A stretch of 64,000 bases of DNA from Lama glama (taxonomy: Eukaryota). The notes under the pieces are model-generated. The model did not search any database, had not been told where the DNA came from, and worked only from the letters and a program-made list of their open reading frames with translations. The position numbers and the translations under genes were made by a program. Where the stretch lies: positions 58,468,001-58,532,000 of the forward strand of contig CM052817.1 in NCBI GenBank assembly GCA_028534125.1, in the 5' to 3' direction. This document shows positions 13,978-27,080 of the stretch, in pieces. Each line of letters opens with the position of its first letter. The first letter of the stretch is position 1.

Positions 13978-14400
13978 GGTATCAGTCAGAGTTCTCTCAG
14001 AGAAAAAAAAAAAAAAAAAAGCTACTCTAAGTATTTTTGAATAAGAAAGGATTTAATATAAGAAATTTGAGGCTTATGCAATGCTTGGAGGAGCAGAGAC
14101 AGCAAAAGTTAGAGAGGCCCCAAGTTCACTATCCAGATATCCGGAAGTGCAGGCAGAGCAGGTGAGCTGATGCAGATCTGTGCTGCCTGTGGGACAGAAG
14201 TGTTTAATTCTCAGGAGGATGCCTGAAAGCTGTTGGCTAAACTCCAAGTCTTCAGCCTGTTATCTGCTGATGCCCTTGTGCCTGTCCTCAGCAGCACCAG
14301 AGAATAATGGCACATCTTACTCTTTAACATCCCAAATCTCATTCAAGTGGTTTTTATTGTCACAGTCTGCTGGCACTCTGGGAATTTAGGAAGGACAGCT
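13978..14400 (-). mobile_element. Old ERVL-type LTR fragment (LTR33/LTR41-like)
   Basis: tatcagtcagagttctc...gctactctaagtattt...aaaggatttaatataagaaatt...ctgggaatttagg pattern; family uncertain. Confidence 0.5.
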
Positions 14401-14479
14401 CCTTGTCTCTTTTCTTGTATTTCTGGAGAGTGTAGATGAAGCAGGGTGATACTGTATTGACAGCAAACAATCCATCGAA

Positions 14480-14690
14480 GTCTTTATTAATGGAATTCTA
14501 ATAGTTTTTTCCTTTACAAACAGTACTTTAATGAATAACTTTGTACATCTCCCTTTTGGCATATGTGAAAGGATTTCCACTGGATTGATTCCTAAAAATG
14601 GAATGGCTTGCGGTGTGCACCTATCTTGCTTGTTGATAGATGGTAACAAAATACTTTCCAAAAGCAATTGTTTTTCAGGGTGTAACCACA
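14480..14690 (-). mobile_element. Old L1 (L1ME-like) ORF2 C-terminal fragment
   Basis: Minus ORF contains PQAIPFLGINPVEIL...KGRCTKLFIKVLF, similar to ORF2 [10 protein letters not shown]...TCTPMFIAALF. Confidence 0.65.
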
Positions 14691-15239
14691 GGAGAATGGA
14701 GAGAGGGAAAGCCTGTTTGCAGATGATTTAAGAACAGAAGTTGGTACTCAGGTCTCTCCTTCCTGGACAGTGACTTAGTGCCTTTGGGTGGTGACTCTGT
14801 GAGGGGATGGAAAAGAAGAAAGTGTGGTGGCCCTTTGATACTTACTACTTAGAATAAGACCTACTATCTGACATCAATCCCTTAACTACTGAGAATAAAA
14901 GAAGAAATAAAGGATTGAATATCTTCTCTGATACTCTGATAGGCATCATGCCAGCTGGTTTCACATGGATTTTCCAATTTAATTGCCAGTGTAATTCTAT
15001 GAACAGGTATGTCATTCTCACCATCCTCCTTAATGAGTTATTGAGTCTTACCTGCTAAGTAACTTGTTGAAGATCATGGTTTTAATAGATGGTAGGGATA
15101 AAATTTTTAAATGGCTGTGAAAGAGTACAGAACCTGTGTTCTTTTTTTCTGTACATCACAGACATCTTCCTTCTTGATAAATATCCTTGAGCCTCATATT
15201 ATTCTTTTATGACTATTTTAGTCTCTCCACAGCTGCCCG

Positions 15240-15470
15240 TGTAAAGAACTCAGATACTGGAGGTGCAAATATTTGGATTTAAATTAAAGTTTGAGTCCAC
15301 TTTCTACCATTTGCTATCTATGTGATTTTTGAGAAATTCAGTTAAGCTCTTTGAATTTTAGTTCCAATATCTATAAAACAGATATAATAATACATACATG
15401 GCAAGGTTATTGGAAGAATTGGAGATGATATATACAGCGTTCTTAGTCCATTGTTACGACATTAATTGTG
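15240..15470 (+). mobile_element. MIR SINE
   Basis: ttgagtccactttctaccatttgctatctatgtgatttttgagaaattcagttaagctctttgaattttagttccaatatctataaaa, the MIR core. Confidence 0.7.
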
Positions 15471-15540
15471 AGTACCTGTGACCATGGGGCAAGAGGGTGA
15501 AACATAGAGCTCAGGACTAACACGTTAAATACGGTGAAAC

Positions 15541-16195
15541 TGTTGCCGGTAGATGTAATCGGTGTCCAGATTCTTGTCCCATCCCAGAAAGAATTCAGAG
15601 ACAAGACACAGAGGTTAAGAAAGTAAGGTGAGGATTTATTAAGGGATGGATAGTACACTCTGAAGGGGAGGGCAGGCAGGCTCAGGAGAGTGGCTGCACG
15701 TAGTTTCTTTGGCAAATTGGTTACATAGAGTGTAAAAATGAATGCTTGAAATATTCATTGATTGGGGAAGAGTCTAGGGTCATATTCCCAGATTTTCATC
15801 TCAATTCCACCCTCCCGAAGGGAGGAGGGATTTTTGTTCTTATTTAGCGTGGATCGGAAGTGTCATGGCGTTGGTGCATGATGGGTACTTTTAATCTGCA
15901 AGACTAATTTTATTGAAATGAGGACATCATGAACAAAATGTTAAATTCGGACACTAGAGATCCCTGCCTTTTCCCACCTTTCTTTGTTGGTCTCAGGCCA
16001 CTCATCACCCCAAAAGGTGTAACCACATATCAGCCCAGAGGTTCCTGCTTTTCTTTCATTGCCCAAGGACCCCTGGTGCTTATATGATGTATGGTTTCCT
16101 GCATTTGGCCTGTGTCCCACTTTCTGCCCAATTCCTGCCATTTGGCCTGTGTCCTCCTTTCTCTAGTCACATCTAGCTATCTGCCTGCTCTAATA
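15541..16195 (-). mobile_element. Lineage-specific ERV1-class solo LTR, copy 1
   Basis: tgtt...ctaata termini; perfect 4-bp TSD aaac (15537-15540, 16196-16199); minus-strand AATAAA near 15635; homologous to 33437-34014. Confidence 0.88.
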
Positions 16196-17908
16196 AAACT
16201 AGATGCAAAAGTGTGCACGCTGCTGTAAATTATGTGTACGATGGTATAAATGTGGACTACTAAAGTTGATGTTTCTAAACTCTTCAGTGTCACATATTAA
16301 ATCTGATACATCGGTTCACAAATCAAAATAAGCTGATGAGAGAAAGGGGAAAATATTTGAAAATCAAAAATACAGACTAGTATAGAATGTGTATACAAGA
16401 CTATAAATCATCAAAAATATAATTAATTTTCTTCTATTTTTCCTTCTTAAGGAAAATTGCCCAGTTGCATTCTATCACTATGTCTTTTTCTGTCTTGCCC
16501 TAATGCAGATAAGATAGGTACAGCTTGAAAATCTTGACGTTGGGTTAGTGGTATTTGTATTAGAATCAAATGTATATCCTTGACTGTTTGCTAAAAATGT
16601 AAATTCACTTTAAAATTTTTCTAGACTTATTACTGCCAATGTGTTTAAACTGACCAGAAATTTTGGTGCAAGATTTGTGCATTTTTTTCCAAAATATTGA
16701 GACAGTAAAAATATTCAACTTGGTTACCACATTATATCTTAGCAATGTATTTCTAGTTTTATAGTACTTGATTTATTTGAATGTAATCATAATTAACATA
16801 TGCTATATTTAATGGTTAAATTGCATTGGTACCTTTTTCTTTTGATGATTTTCTTGATCCTGAGGAGAAAGGGATATATTATACTTTTTATCTTATAATA
16901 TGTAGATATCTGTTTGGTCATAATTTATTTTTCCTCAGAAATTTGTCTCTGAAGGAAAGTAAGTGTAATTTTGTGGATGAGTATATAATGCCTTTTAAAA
17001 ATTTGAATACAAAAATGATAAATATATGCACTTGGAGTATATTATCAGTAAGTATATCTCTTCTTTGCCAGAGGTAATTTTCTACCAGTTTTTATTATAC
17101 TTCCATTGAATAGAGTTTTCTCATTTTTTCACTATATTATTATGAAGAAACTATTGTTGCTAGTATGTCTATAAATGACTTTTTATTATTTTTTTTCTTA
17201 AGGTACTATGCATCATTTTATAGAAAATTAATGGCATGGTTATGTACCAAAAAGTAGATTAAAAAAATCCTAATTTAATGGTTCATTTCTTGAAATTATT
17301 ATGTCTCTCAGAGGTAATAATGTTCACTGGTGTATGTAATGTTCTGCTGTGAAATAACATGGGGGCATCTCAAGCCTTGAGGTTAATGTGACACTCAGGC
17401 AAATAAACTGGGTCATAACGTATAAATATTAGTGCTGGCATTCAGACATATTATATTCAGGCTCAGCTTTTGCATTTACACACCAAATAGTTATCTTTCA
17501 AAAACAATATTGTTATAGATAAATTTTGGCCTGAAGATATTTTCATGACTTCCTTATTTATATGTTTTGGTGAAATGAAGGATTCTAGTAATTCATAATA
17601 TTTATTACTAATAGAGGGGAACAGGGTAAGATTAATTCCAATCTTGTAGAGAGGGAAGATTTTACATGTGCTTGTGGTTACACATTTAGTTATGACTGCC
17701 TCTGATGTTTTGAAATATATTGCATTTTAATCAAAAGGTTAGAATATCTAACATTAGTTATTGACAAAATATCTAAAAAGCAATGGAAATAGTTGGCTAT
17801 TTTGGACATTCATCTATACTTTGATGGGTACTTCAATATATCATAGAATAAATCTTATCTGGTGATAAGATTTGGTTGCTCTTTAACATGACAAGTAAGG
17901 AAGGATGG

Positions 17909-18367
17909 TGTATTAGTTTTTTAGGGCTCCTGTAACAAAGTTCCACAAAGTAGGTCACCTAGACAACAGGGATTTATCATCTTGCAGTTCTGGAGGCTAG
18001 AAGTCTGAGATCAAGGTGTTGATAGGACTGGTTCCTTTTGAGGGCTGTGAGAAAGATTCATCTCCTTGCCTCTTCCCTAGGTTCTGATGATTTGTTGGCC
18101 ATCTTTGTCCTTTCTTGGCTTGTAGAATCATCATCGTGATCTCTACCTACACCTTCACATTGCATTTGTGTGCTATTTGTATTCAAATTTCCCCCTTTTA
18201 TAATAATGCTAGTTATATTGGTGTAGGGGCTCACCCTACTCCATTATAACCTCATCTGAACATCTGCAACAGCCCAATCCCCAAATAAGGTCACATTCTG
18301 AGGTCCTGGGGATGGTAAACTTTGAGGAGATTTGATGGTAAACTTTGAGGAGATTCAACCTATAGCA
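17909..18367 (-). mobile_element. MaLR solo LTR (MLT1C-like)
   Basis: tgtattagttttttagggctcctgtaacaaag...cagttctggaggctagaagtctgagatcaaggtgttg...ccaaataaggtcacattctgaggt...ttcaacctatagca. Confidence 0.88.
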
Positions 18368-18422
18368 GACAGTATTAAACCTATAGCAGACAGTATTAAA
18401 CCTATAGCAGACAGTATTAAAC
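18311..18422. repeat. Compound tandem repeat: 2 x 23 bp followed by 3 x 21 bp
   Basis: gatggtaaactttgaggagatt(t/c) x2 (18311-18356), then aacctatagcagacagtatta x3 (18357-18419). Confidence 0.95.
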
Positions 18423-21400
18423 ACATATAATCCCCTTCTTAAACTTGGATCTTGAAATTCAACTTGCCCTCTCCCTGAATTAAAATTCAGTTCAAAACAT
18501 GACCAAATTTGAAGGAAAGCCTGTGTTTAAGACCTTTGCATTTCATGGCAGAAAATAACACTTAAGCATATTAAAGCTAAAGTGAGTGTCAATATCTAGT
18601 GCTCACTCCAAAGCTATTTTTAGTGATGTTGACTCCTCACCTTTTCTTAAGTATTCTTAAGTTTAAAGATACTTATTTTCAACATTGCTTCCAGCAAATT
18701 GACATGTTAGTCAGGGACCTTGGTAAACAAAAAGACATCACGACAGGATTAGATAAATGCAAAAAAAGGCTCTAGGCAGGGGCAGTAGAGGTTCATATGC
18801 ACCAACCAGTGATAACTAGTATTTGAGAAATAAACAGAAAACTAACCACAGTTAGGTGGTGGTTTGATTTGTTTTATTGAACATCATAGGGCTTAAACTA
18901 ATAGACATTCTTCATTTGCTTGTCAACTTTTTTTTTTTTTAATGGGTACTATTCTAGGCAATTTTGAGAGATCAATGAAGAGAATAGACAAATGACCCTC
19001 CAATCTTGGAGCTTACATTTAGAGAAAGGAACAAAGTCATGAACACTGAATGTCATAAATCAGTAATCTCAATTTTACCTTGTATAAAATGGAAATTATA
19101 ATTGAACCTAGCTTGTAGATTTGTTGTAGGATTAATTAAGATAATATATGTAAAATTCTTGGCAAAGTGCATGTCACATAAAAAGCACTCTTTTAATATT
19201 ATAAATAATAAAAATGATGATGATGTTGGTGATGATAATTGCTGGACATAATCCATGTTTAAATCTTATCACTTCTCAATTTGAGAAATAATAATAGGGA
19301 CTTCATTGGTGTAGCATGAACATCCCCCTTAGGATGTCAACTGTGACCAGTACTAAGTGAGAAGAAAAAACAAAATGTGATGGACATTAAAAGCAGTAGA
19401 TGGCTTTTAGATACATCCACATGTGCACACATGCATGCGCACACACACACACCCGACCAATCCAAATATTTTTGTCTGATTCAAAAACATTGTTATACAC
19501 TTCTGTTTACCAGTGGAACTTCTTGCCAGTCTGAATAGCTGTCTAGTCAACATTTGATCTAGATTTGAAACCTTAATTGTTAATTGAAAAGCTATGATGA
19601 TCTTTTGTTATTTAGTATTTATATGTCATTCTATAAAGTTATCCAACAAAATCATCAATGATCCTTTCTCCTGACTTTTTTAAATGACCCATTAATTACC
19701 CCTGCATATTTTAAGATTATCAGTGTGAATGAAATAAGCCTTAAATATCTTTTGTTTTTAATTGCTTAGTAAATGCCACTTTTCCTTTCTCCCTTTCCCT
19801 TTAAATGGCTGAAGTATAAAGTGGAATATGTCCTAATTTCTACCCCCCTTTTTTTTGCTAGTATTCAAGTTCAGTAATGCATATGATTGGATTCAACTTG
19901 ATCACATATTTAAACTACATACGTATCTGTCTTTTAATTGTAAAAATATTATTCACTTGCTCCCTAAATTTAAAGTCATAACTCTTGACCAAATATGCAG
20001 ATTTGCTTTTTATTTTTTATTTTTTTTTTTTGGTAAACAATCTAATTCTAATGTTTCTGCAGCACTCCATCATTTTTTGGTTACTTATTTTTTATTTTTA
20101 CTCATTTATAATAGCATCATATTACTTACAACTGAAACTTAAAATATTGCTCTGGTTTTCATGACTTTTCCTTTTGACATATAATTCCATTTAACTAATA
20201 CATATAACAGGGAAAATATAAAGACTCCTTGTATTCCTTTTCGAGAAGAGAAGACAGTCTGTATCTCTCTTTTCCTCATTTGCACTCCTTAAGTCTCAGA
20301 CACATTTAATGTCAAAGAAAAAGCAAGTGTTCAATATTTATTTCATAAACTAAAAATTTTGGAGATTAAACTTTTACTGTAGATTCTATAATTGTGCCAC
20401 TAGGGAATTGGAAAAAATATTTTGTAAAAAGTCTCTTACAGTTATATTTTTCTTCATTTAAAAGAGCAAATAAATCTGAGTGAGACGTAGTTTGGTAAAA
20501 CAAAACTGAGATTTGTTTTTGTAGTTATGCTGTAAATTATTCTTTTGAGTCTTATGTGTTTTGAACATTGAAGCCATTATTAACTACTGAAATGTTCCAG
20601 GTGAAAGTTTTCAGTTTTTATTACTCATTTTCCTGTGAAATAGCTATTTTTTGTAAATATAAGGATTGCAAGGGTGCTATATTCTCCCGTAGGTATGTGG
20701 AAGTACATCTAGATCATTAAATAAAATATTTATTATAAAGCACATAGTCTGACACACAGTAGGAATTAAAGAACTGTCAATTGTTACTATATTATTTTAT
20801 TTACAAAATATTTTTTCAGGCATTGCAAATCTGATTTTCTTTCAGGAAAGTTCTTGATTTTTTAATAAATAATAATGACTTAAGTTCTTTTCCAAAAGTG
20901 TATACCTCAAAATAAATTATATATTTGCATATATAATTTATATACAAACATATATGTATAATCTATATGTATATGTACTTTATATAACTATGTAGGAACT
21001 TTACATTGATTTGAAAGCTTTTTAGAACATTTTCCTTATAAATGGACACTACTTATTTTAGATCTTTTACTTTCTCTTTCATCCTTTCACTTCAGGTTTC
21101 TATTGGTAGTTTTCTATTACAATTAGATCATTTTTTAATTGGAAGAATTTGAGAAAAACATGAAATTCATCTAAAGACTATGTAGGTTATTATATAGACC
21201 TAAAGATTTTGTCGGAAATGGAGTAAGTATGTCCTTTGGGGGCTTTCTGTAGTCAAGCAAATGAGCCATAGCTTGATAAAGTTAAAACATTAGAAATAAA
21301 TGTTTTTGTAACTCCCTGATAGGCAATTAAACTGCAGTAATGACTCAATGTAATTTATGAAATTAAACACATGAATACACTGTAATATATATTAGAACAA

Positions 21401-21480
21401 TCATTCATTTAAACTTGCATCCTGATGCAATATTGTTTTAGAAACTCTTGAAAAACTATTTACATGTAATATTCTGGAAA

Positions 21481-21620
21481 AGTGCTGTCCAGTAGAACTT
21501 TCTGTGCTATTGGAAATGTTTTCTGTGATATCCAAAGAGCCACATGTGGCTGAGTAACTAAATTTTCAATTGTATTTAATTTTCATTAATTTAAATTTTA
21601 ATAGTCATGTAGGTTTAGAG
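21481..21620. mobile_element. MER3/MER33-like hAT MITE
   Basis: agtgctgtccagtagaactttctgtg...agccacatgtggct...tttaattttcattaatttaaatttta. Confidence 0.7.
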
Positions 21621-21624
21621 ACTG

Positions 21625-21975
21625 ATTTTTTATACAATTTTTAAAGGTTTCACTCCTTTACAGTTATTACAAAATATTTGCTGTATTCCCCATGTTGTAT
21701 AATATATCCTTGTAGCCTATCTTACACCCAGTAGTTTACACCTCCCACTCCCCTACCCCTATATTACCCCTCTACCTGACCTGGTAACCACTACTTTGTT
21801 TTCTATACCTGTGAGTCTGCTTTTTTGTTTGTTTGTTATATTTGCTAGTTTCTTTTATTTCTTAGATTCCATATACAAAGATATCATATAGTATATGTCT
21901 TTCTCTGCCTGGCTTATTTCACTTAGCATAATGCCCTCCAGGTCCATCCATGTTTCTGCAAATAGTAAAATTTAT
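21625..21975 (-). mobile_element. L1 3' end (older cetartiodactyl-type subfamily)
   Basis: tacagttattacaaaatatttgctgtattcccc...ttagattccatatac...ggcttatttcacttagcataatgccctccaggtccatccatgtt. Confidence 0.82.
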
Positions 21976-22004
21976 GTTATTGAACAGCACATATCTAAAG
22001 TATT

Positions 22005-23157
22005 TTTTAAACATTTTTTATTGGGTTATAGTCATTTTACAATGTTGTGTCAAATTCCAGTGTAGAGCATAATTTTTCAGTTATACATGAACATACATAT
22101 ATTCATTGTCACATTTTTTTTTCACTGTGAGCTACCACAAGATCTTGTATCTATTTCCCTGGCTATACAGTATAATCTTGTTTATCTATTCTGCATATGC
22201 CTGTCAGTATCTACAAATTTTGAAATCCCAGTCTGTTCCTTCCCACCCTTTGCCCCTTTGGCAACCACAAGTTTGTATTCTATGTCTGAGTCTGTTTCTG
22301 TTTTGTATTTATGTTCTTTTTTTTTTTTTTTAGATTCCACATATAAGCAATCTCATATGATATTTTTCTTTCTCTTTCTGGCTTACTTCACTTAGAGTAA
22401 CATTCTCCAGGGACATCCATGCTGCTGCAAATGGCATTAGTTTATGGCTGAGTAGTATTCCATAGTATAAATATACCACATCTTCTTTATCCAGTCATCC
22501 GTTGATGGACATTTAGGCTGTCTCCATGCCTTGGCTATTGTAAATAGAGCTGCTAGGAACATTGGGGTGCAGGTGTCATTTTGGAGTAGGGTTCCTTCTG
22601 GATATATGCCCAGGAGTGGGATTCCCGGGTCATATGGTAAGTCTATTCCTAGTCTTTTGAGAAATCTCCAAACTGTTTTCCACAGTGGCTGCACCAAACT
22701 GCATTCCCACCAGCAGTGAAGGAGGGTTCCCTTTTCTCCACAGCCTCTCCAGCATTTGTCATTTGTGAACTTTTGAATGATGGCCATTCTGACTGGTGTG
22801 AGGCAATACCTCATCATAGTTTTGACTTGCATTTCTCTGATAATTAGTGATATTGAGCATTTTTTCATATGCTTATTGATCATTTGTATTTCTTCCTCGG
22901 AGAATTGCTTGTTTAGGTCTTCTGCCCATTTTTGGATTGGGTTGTTTGTTTTTTTCTTACTCAGTTGTATGAGCTGCTTATATGTTTTGGAGATCAAGCC
23001 TTTGTCGGTTTCATCATTTGCAAAAATTTTCTCCCATTCCATAGGTTGTCAGTTTGTTTTACTTATGGTTTCCCTTGCTGTGCAGAAGCTTATAAGTTTA
23101 ATCAAGCCCCATTTGTTTATTCTTGCTTTTATTTCTATTGCTTGGGTAGACTGCCCT
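22005..23157 (-). mobile_element. Young 5'-truncated L1 (ORF2 C-terminus plus 3' UTR) with perfect 16-bp TSD
   Basis: ORF 22437-23042(-) is L1 ORF2 (WEKIFAN...[33 protein letters not shown]...MEYYSAI); TSD acatatctaaagtatt at 21989-22004 and 23158-23173. Confidence 0.96.
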
Positions 23158-24299
23158 ACATATCTAAAGTATTAATCATTTTCTTCTATGTATTTCCACC
23201 AATATGGTGATCATTGAATTATATGCACTATCACTGTATTATCTATGTCATGTAGTTATTCACAATAACACTTTTCAAAGAATGTTTGCAGTACTAGAGA
23301 AAAAGCAATAGTCATATTATGGTTGTTGAATTTAAAATTTGAATTCAGTTATATTTCAAAACATTAGATCACAACTTGAACCAAATTGCAATTTGTTTAT
23401 ATTATATGTCAGTTTTTATGATACAAAATGATATATTTATATATATGTATATATCTACCACACTGTACAAACTAGATGTTTACTCTGAGAGGTAGATTTG
23501 TTTGTTGAGTTGATTTTCACATAAGAATGGTAAAGTCTAGGGCAATTACTACAAACCGAACACAGGCATTTAACAAGCAACTGGTAAATAAATAAATAAG
23601 CCCAGGTAGACAAAACATTAAAAACGTTTTAGTGGCTATATTAACCTTTCTTCTGCAACATTAGAGAACAAGCAATGAAACTTCAATTTTCAACCCACGT
23701 AAGGGCTATTACAGCTTGGTAGTATGTTATACAAATACTGATTTTTTTCATTAAACTCATTGTGGTCCTTTGCTGACAGGTTTGATAAGACTTTTTGAAT
23801 TTATTGGCAGAAAGACACATCTTTACTCTGGAAAAAATAATTTCTTTCACTTTATGTGGATGGTAGGAAAACATTATTTACTATTACTAGTATGAAGTAT
23901 CATATTGTTGTGACATACATTTAATATCCAGACATGAAGTAAGAGAGCCCCATGATTTTTAAACTTTGAAAAATCTACCAACTGCAGAGCTACTGAGCCA
24001 CTGCCCAGTGTTTACAGCTGTCCTCACTGGGATTAATCATTATAAGGCTCTAGCCAATGTTGATACAGACATCTCAAAATGAACTGGAGCAGGGAAGATG
24101 AAATGAAGCCCTAGCTGATGCATTTAAAAAGTAACAAACAAAACTTATAGGATACAATCAATATTGGAACTAATTTATAAGACAAACAACTTAACATTGG
24201 GAATGCTAATTTCATAACCAATGAAAAAATGCATGTAACCTTTTTTCTTTCCTTACACAGTGAACATCTGATGATATGACAAGTACTGAAATTCATAAA

Positions 24300-24789
24300 A
24301 GTTTGTTGAAAGATAATTTCCCATCGGTCTAACACATGACTGCAGGTTTTGCAAGCAGACATACGGACTGCCTTTCTTTTTATAATATCTTTTCAAAAAC
24401 TCTTGTCTGTATAGCAATCAGCCTTGGGAGATACAATGTCCTTTTTTTGGGGGGGGGGGTTTACAGCCTTGAAAATTTGAGATATTTTTCCCTCTGCAAC
24501 AAAGGACTGCCCCTTATAAAAGACTCAGTTTCTCTAACATCTGTCCTCTCCTGTAACTTAACTCACTGTGTTTGCAAATGCCAAACACATCTCTGCATCA
24601 CCTTGTGGGAATTGGGGCATAGGGAACTGCCTCAAGAAAATACTGATTCTCTAGCTCTGCTGTCTCTGTGAGTGAAGTCTTCTGTCTCTGACCCAGAAAT
24701 TTGCCTTCTGCCAGCATTCATAAAATGACTGGTTTATTTGTTAATTCACAAGTAGGTTAAAAATCTCAGACCCTTCACAGTTCTTGGCA
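24300..24789 (+). mobile_element. MER34/MER39-related ERV1 LTR
   Basis: Ends ...tctctgacccag...ttctgccagcattcat...aaaatctcagacccttcacagttcttggca; 5' boundary approximate. Confidence 0.7.
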
Positions 24790-25264
24790 TAGTTTCCTCA
24801 TTCTTAAAATTTTCTTGACATCTCAAAATTGTGGAAATCTTATTTAATCATTTAAAAATTATGTTTTTAAATTTTAGTCTCTTGTATGGATTAAGTCAGA
24901 ATGTATAAAATATACACATATATAATCGTCTGTCAAGTGTCTATGTATAGAAAGTATCTATGGAAATAGTAATATTTATAACTGTCTATAAAAAGCCCTT
25001 CTATCTACAATATCCATACATCTATAGCTTGTTATATGACTCCTGATATGTTCCCTCCCACAAACATCAATTCAGCATTATATTTTTACTATAAATGTAT
25101 GAAAATGACAAAATAAAAAATAAAATGATAGAAATAAAATAATTAGATAGCCCCTTCAGTAATTTTTGAAAAGAGGAATGCTGTTTCATTTCTAAAGCAG
25201 AAGATACTATTAAGAAAATTCAAAACACTACAATGGCAATAGCATAAGTATGTTTATAGTATTT

Positions 25265-25705
25265 TTTTTTGTCCAGGGTATTTCAATCGATGATCAGTTT
25301 CCATGGGTAAAGAGTTTGGACAGGTCTCACAGGCTAGAGTCATGATGTTGTCCATCTTGGGTCTCAGGTGAGGCTCCTGTTCCAAGCTCAGCTGGTCATT
25401 GGTAGAACCGAGTTCCTTGGATCTGTAGAATTTACAGTGGCTTTGCCTGGCTTTTGCCTTCAAGGTAAGTAGGAAGACACTTCTCTGATGCTTCCTCTTC
25501 TTTTAAAGGATCCTCTGATTAGGTCAGGCTCATCAGGATAAGCTTCTTTTATTATTAACTGAAAGACAACTGATTATCAAATTAATCATGTGATGTCTTA
25601 TCATATTTCCAGGTTTTGCCCATGCTCAAAGAGAGGAGAATATACAGAACATGAGCATTAGTAGGTGGAATCTTAAAGGCCACCTTAGGGTTCTGCCTAG
25701 TATGA
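25265..25705 (-). mobile_element. MaLR LTR (MLT1G/H-like), degraded
   Basis: gctcagctggtcattggtagaaccgagttccttg...cttttaaaggatcctctgattaggtcaggctcatcaggata...caccttagggttctgccta. Confidence 0.65.
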
Positions 25706-26334
25706 TAACAAATAAATATGTTATCAATAAAATACACATCGTTAATAGACAATATTAATAATGAGATATATACATAATTAAAAACTACCCAAATGGTGTG
25801 TTTCCATTAAACTCTTAATATGTATAGTATTATTATCCAGAAAATAATGTGTCCACTATTTAGCCTTTCTAATTTCCTTTCGTCTTTATTTTATTTCACT
25901 TGATTCCTTTTTTTTCTGCTTCTGTAAAAGTTTTCAACATGAGTCTTCTATGTAATCTGTTCTTCAGATATTTCAATCTATCTTATAATAAATAAATTAG
26001 CTTCCCTTTTCATGACATTTTCAAAGGCATATTTACATTTACAAATCTCTTCAAATAAAAAATGAAAAATAATTATACCCTATGAAATAATTCTCACATG
26101 CCTATCAAACAAATAAGAAAATCTATTATTCTTTCTGTCACTGGTAATTTTATTCATCATTAATTAATTGAAGACATAGAATTTTAACAAATCAAATTTC
26201 AGTGAAGTCTGATGTTCAATTACTCAGTGATAGTACTTCTGAACATCTTTAGAGACTTTTACAGTTTTGATAACAACCATATGTGAGACTGGAGAGAATT
26301 CGTTTTTAGGGAGAGCTGTCCCTTTTCCTTCATT

Positions 26335-26740
26335 TAAATATTTACTCAATTATTGATACTAGTATGGCCTCATGGATGTGTATTTTATTTTATAGGTGAA
26401 TCCAGTACTGCTGTTATTTATACTGTTGCTTAAATTGTTCCAGCTCTGGCCTTTGGGAGCTTTTTTAGATGAGTCTCTGTGCCCTTTTGACATAACATCG
26501 TTCTTTTTTGAGCACTTGTTTTCTTTCTGGCACCAGAAAACACTACAGGCTTATCTAGTATTTTTCCTCCCCAGCCTGGAATCAACCACTTCTTCCAGGA
26601 GTGGATTTCTTTAATCTGAAAATGGCTTTAGAAACCACCATCTAGGTGCTAGATGTACTTACTACTATGTTTGTCCTTGCTGCTGGGTGCCTTCACTGGA
26701 CAGAGCAAGGACATATATGATGATACTAACCTATTTAAAT
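26335..26740 (-). mobile_element. L1MC4/5-like 3' end fragment
   Basis: gcttaaattgttccagctctggcctttgggagc...cccagcctggaatcaaccacttctccagg...tttagaaaccaccatctaggtgctag. Confidence 0.7.
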
Positions 26741-26769
26741 TCCTCTTTTAGAGAAAAAGAAGAGTTTAG

Positions 26770-27080
26770 TCCCTTGTTACCCAAAGTGTCAATGGTCTGT
26801 GGATTAGCAGCACTGGTATCACCTGAGAGCTAGTTAGGAACCCAGAATGCCTCCCACACAACCTAGTGCATCAGGATCTCCATTCAGCAAGGTTGGAAAG
26901 CACTGATCTAGACAGCAGGGTTTCTCTTATTCTCCTCAGTTACAAATCATTTGAGGAGCTTGTTAAAACTGCAACTTACCAAACCCCTCCCCAGGAGATT
27001 CTTGTTCGGTAGGTTTTGATATTCAGGTTTTTAACTAATACTTTGGGTTCTTCTTGTCAAGTAAGTTTAGAAAGCACTGG
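26770..27080. mobile_element. Two adjacent MER5-family MITEs
   Basis: ttacccaaagtg...cagcactggtatcacctgagagctagttagg...ttggaaagcactg, then a second copy aatcatttgaggagcttgttaaaa...aagtttagaaagcactg. Confidence 0.65.

Noticed and set aside
18311..18422. CRISPR-like repeat array
   Set aside because: Units abut with no spacers, the DNA is mammalian and there are no cas genes; simple tandem duplication.
22437..23042. 201-aa ORF as a host gene
   Set aside because: It is the C-terminus of L1 ORF2 in a truncated insertion.
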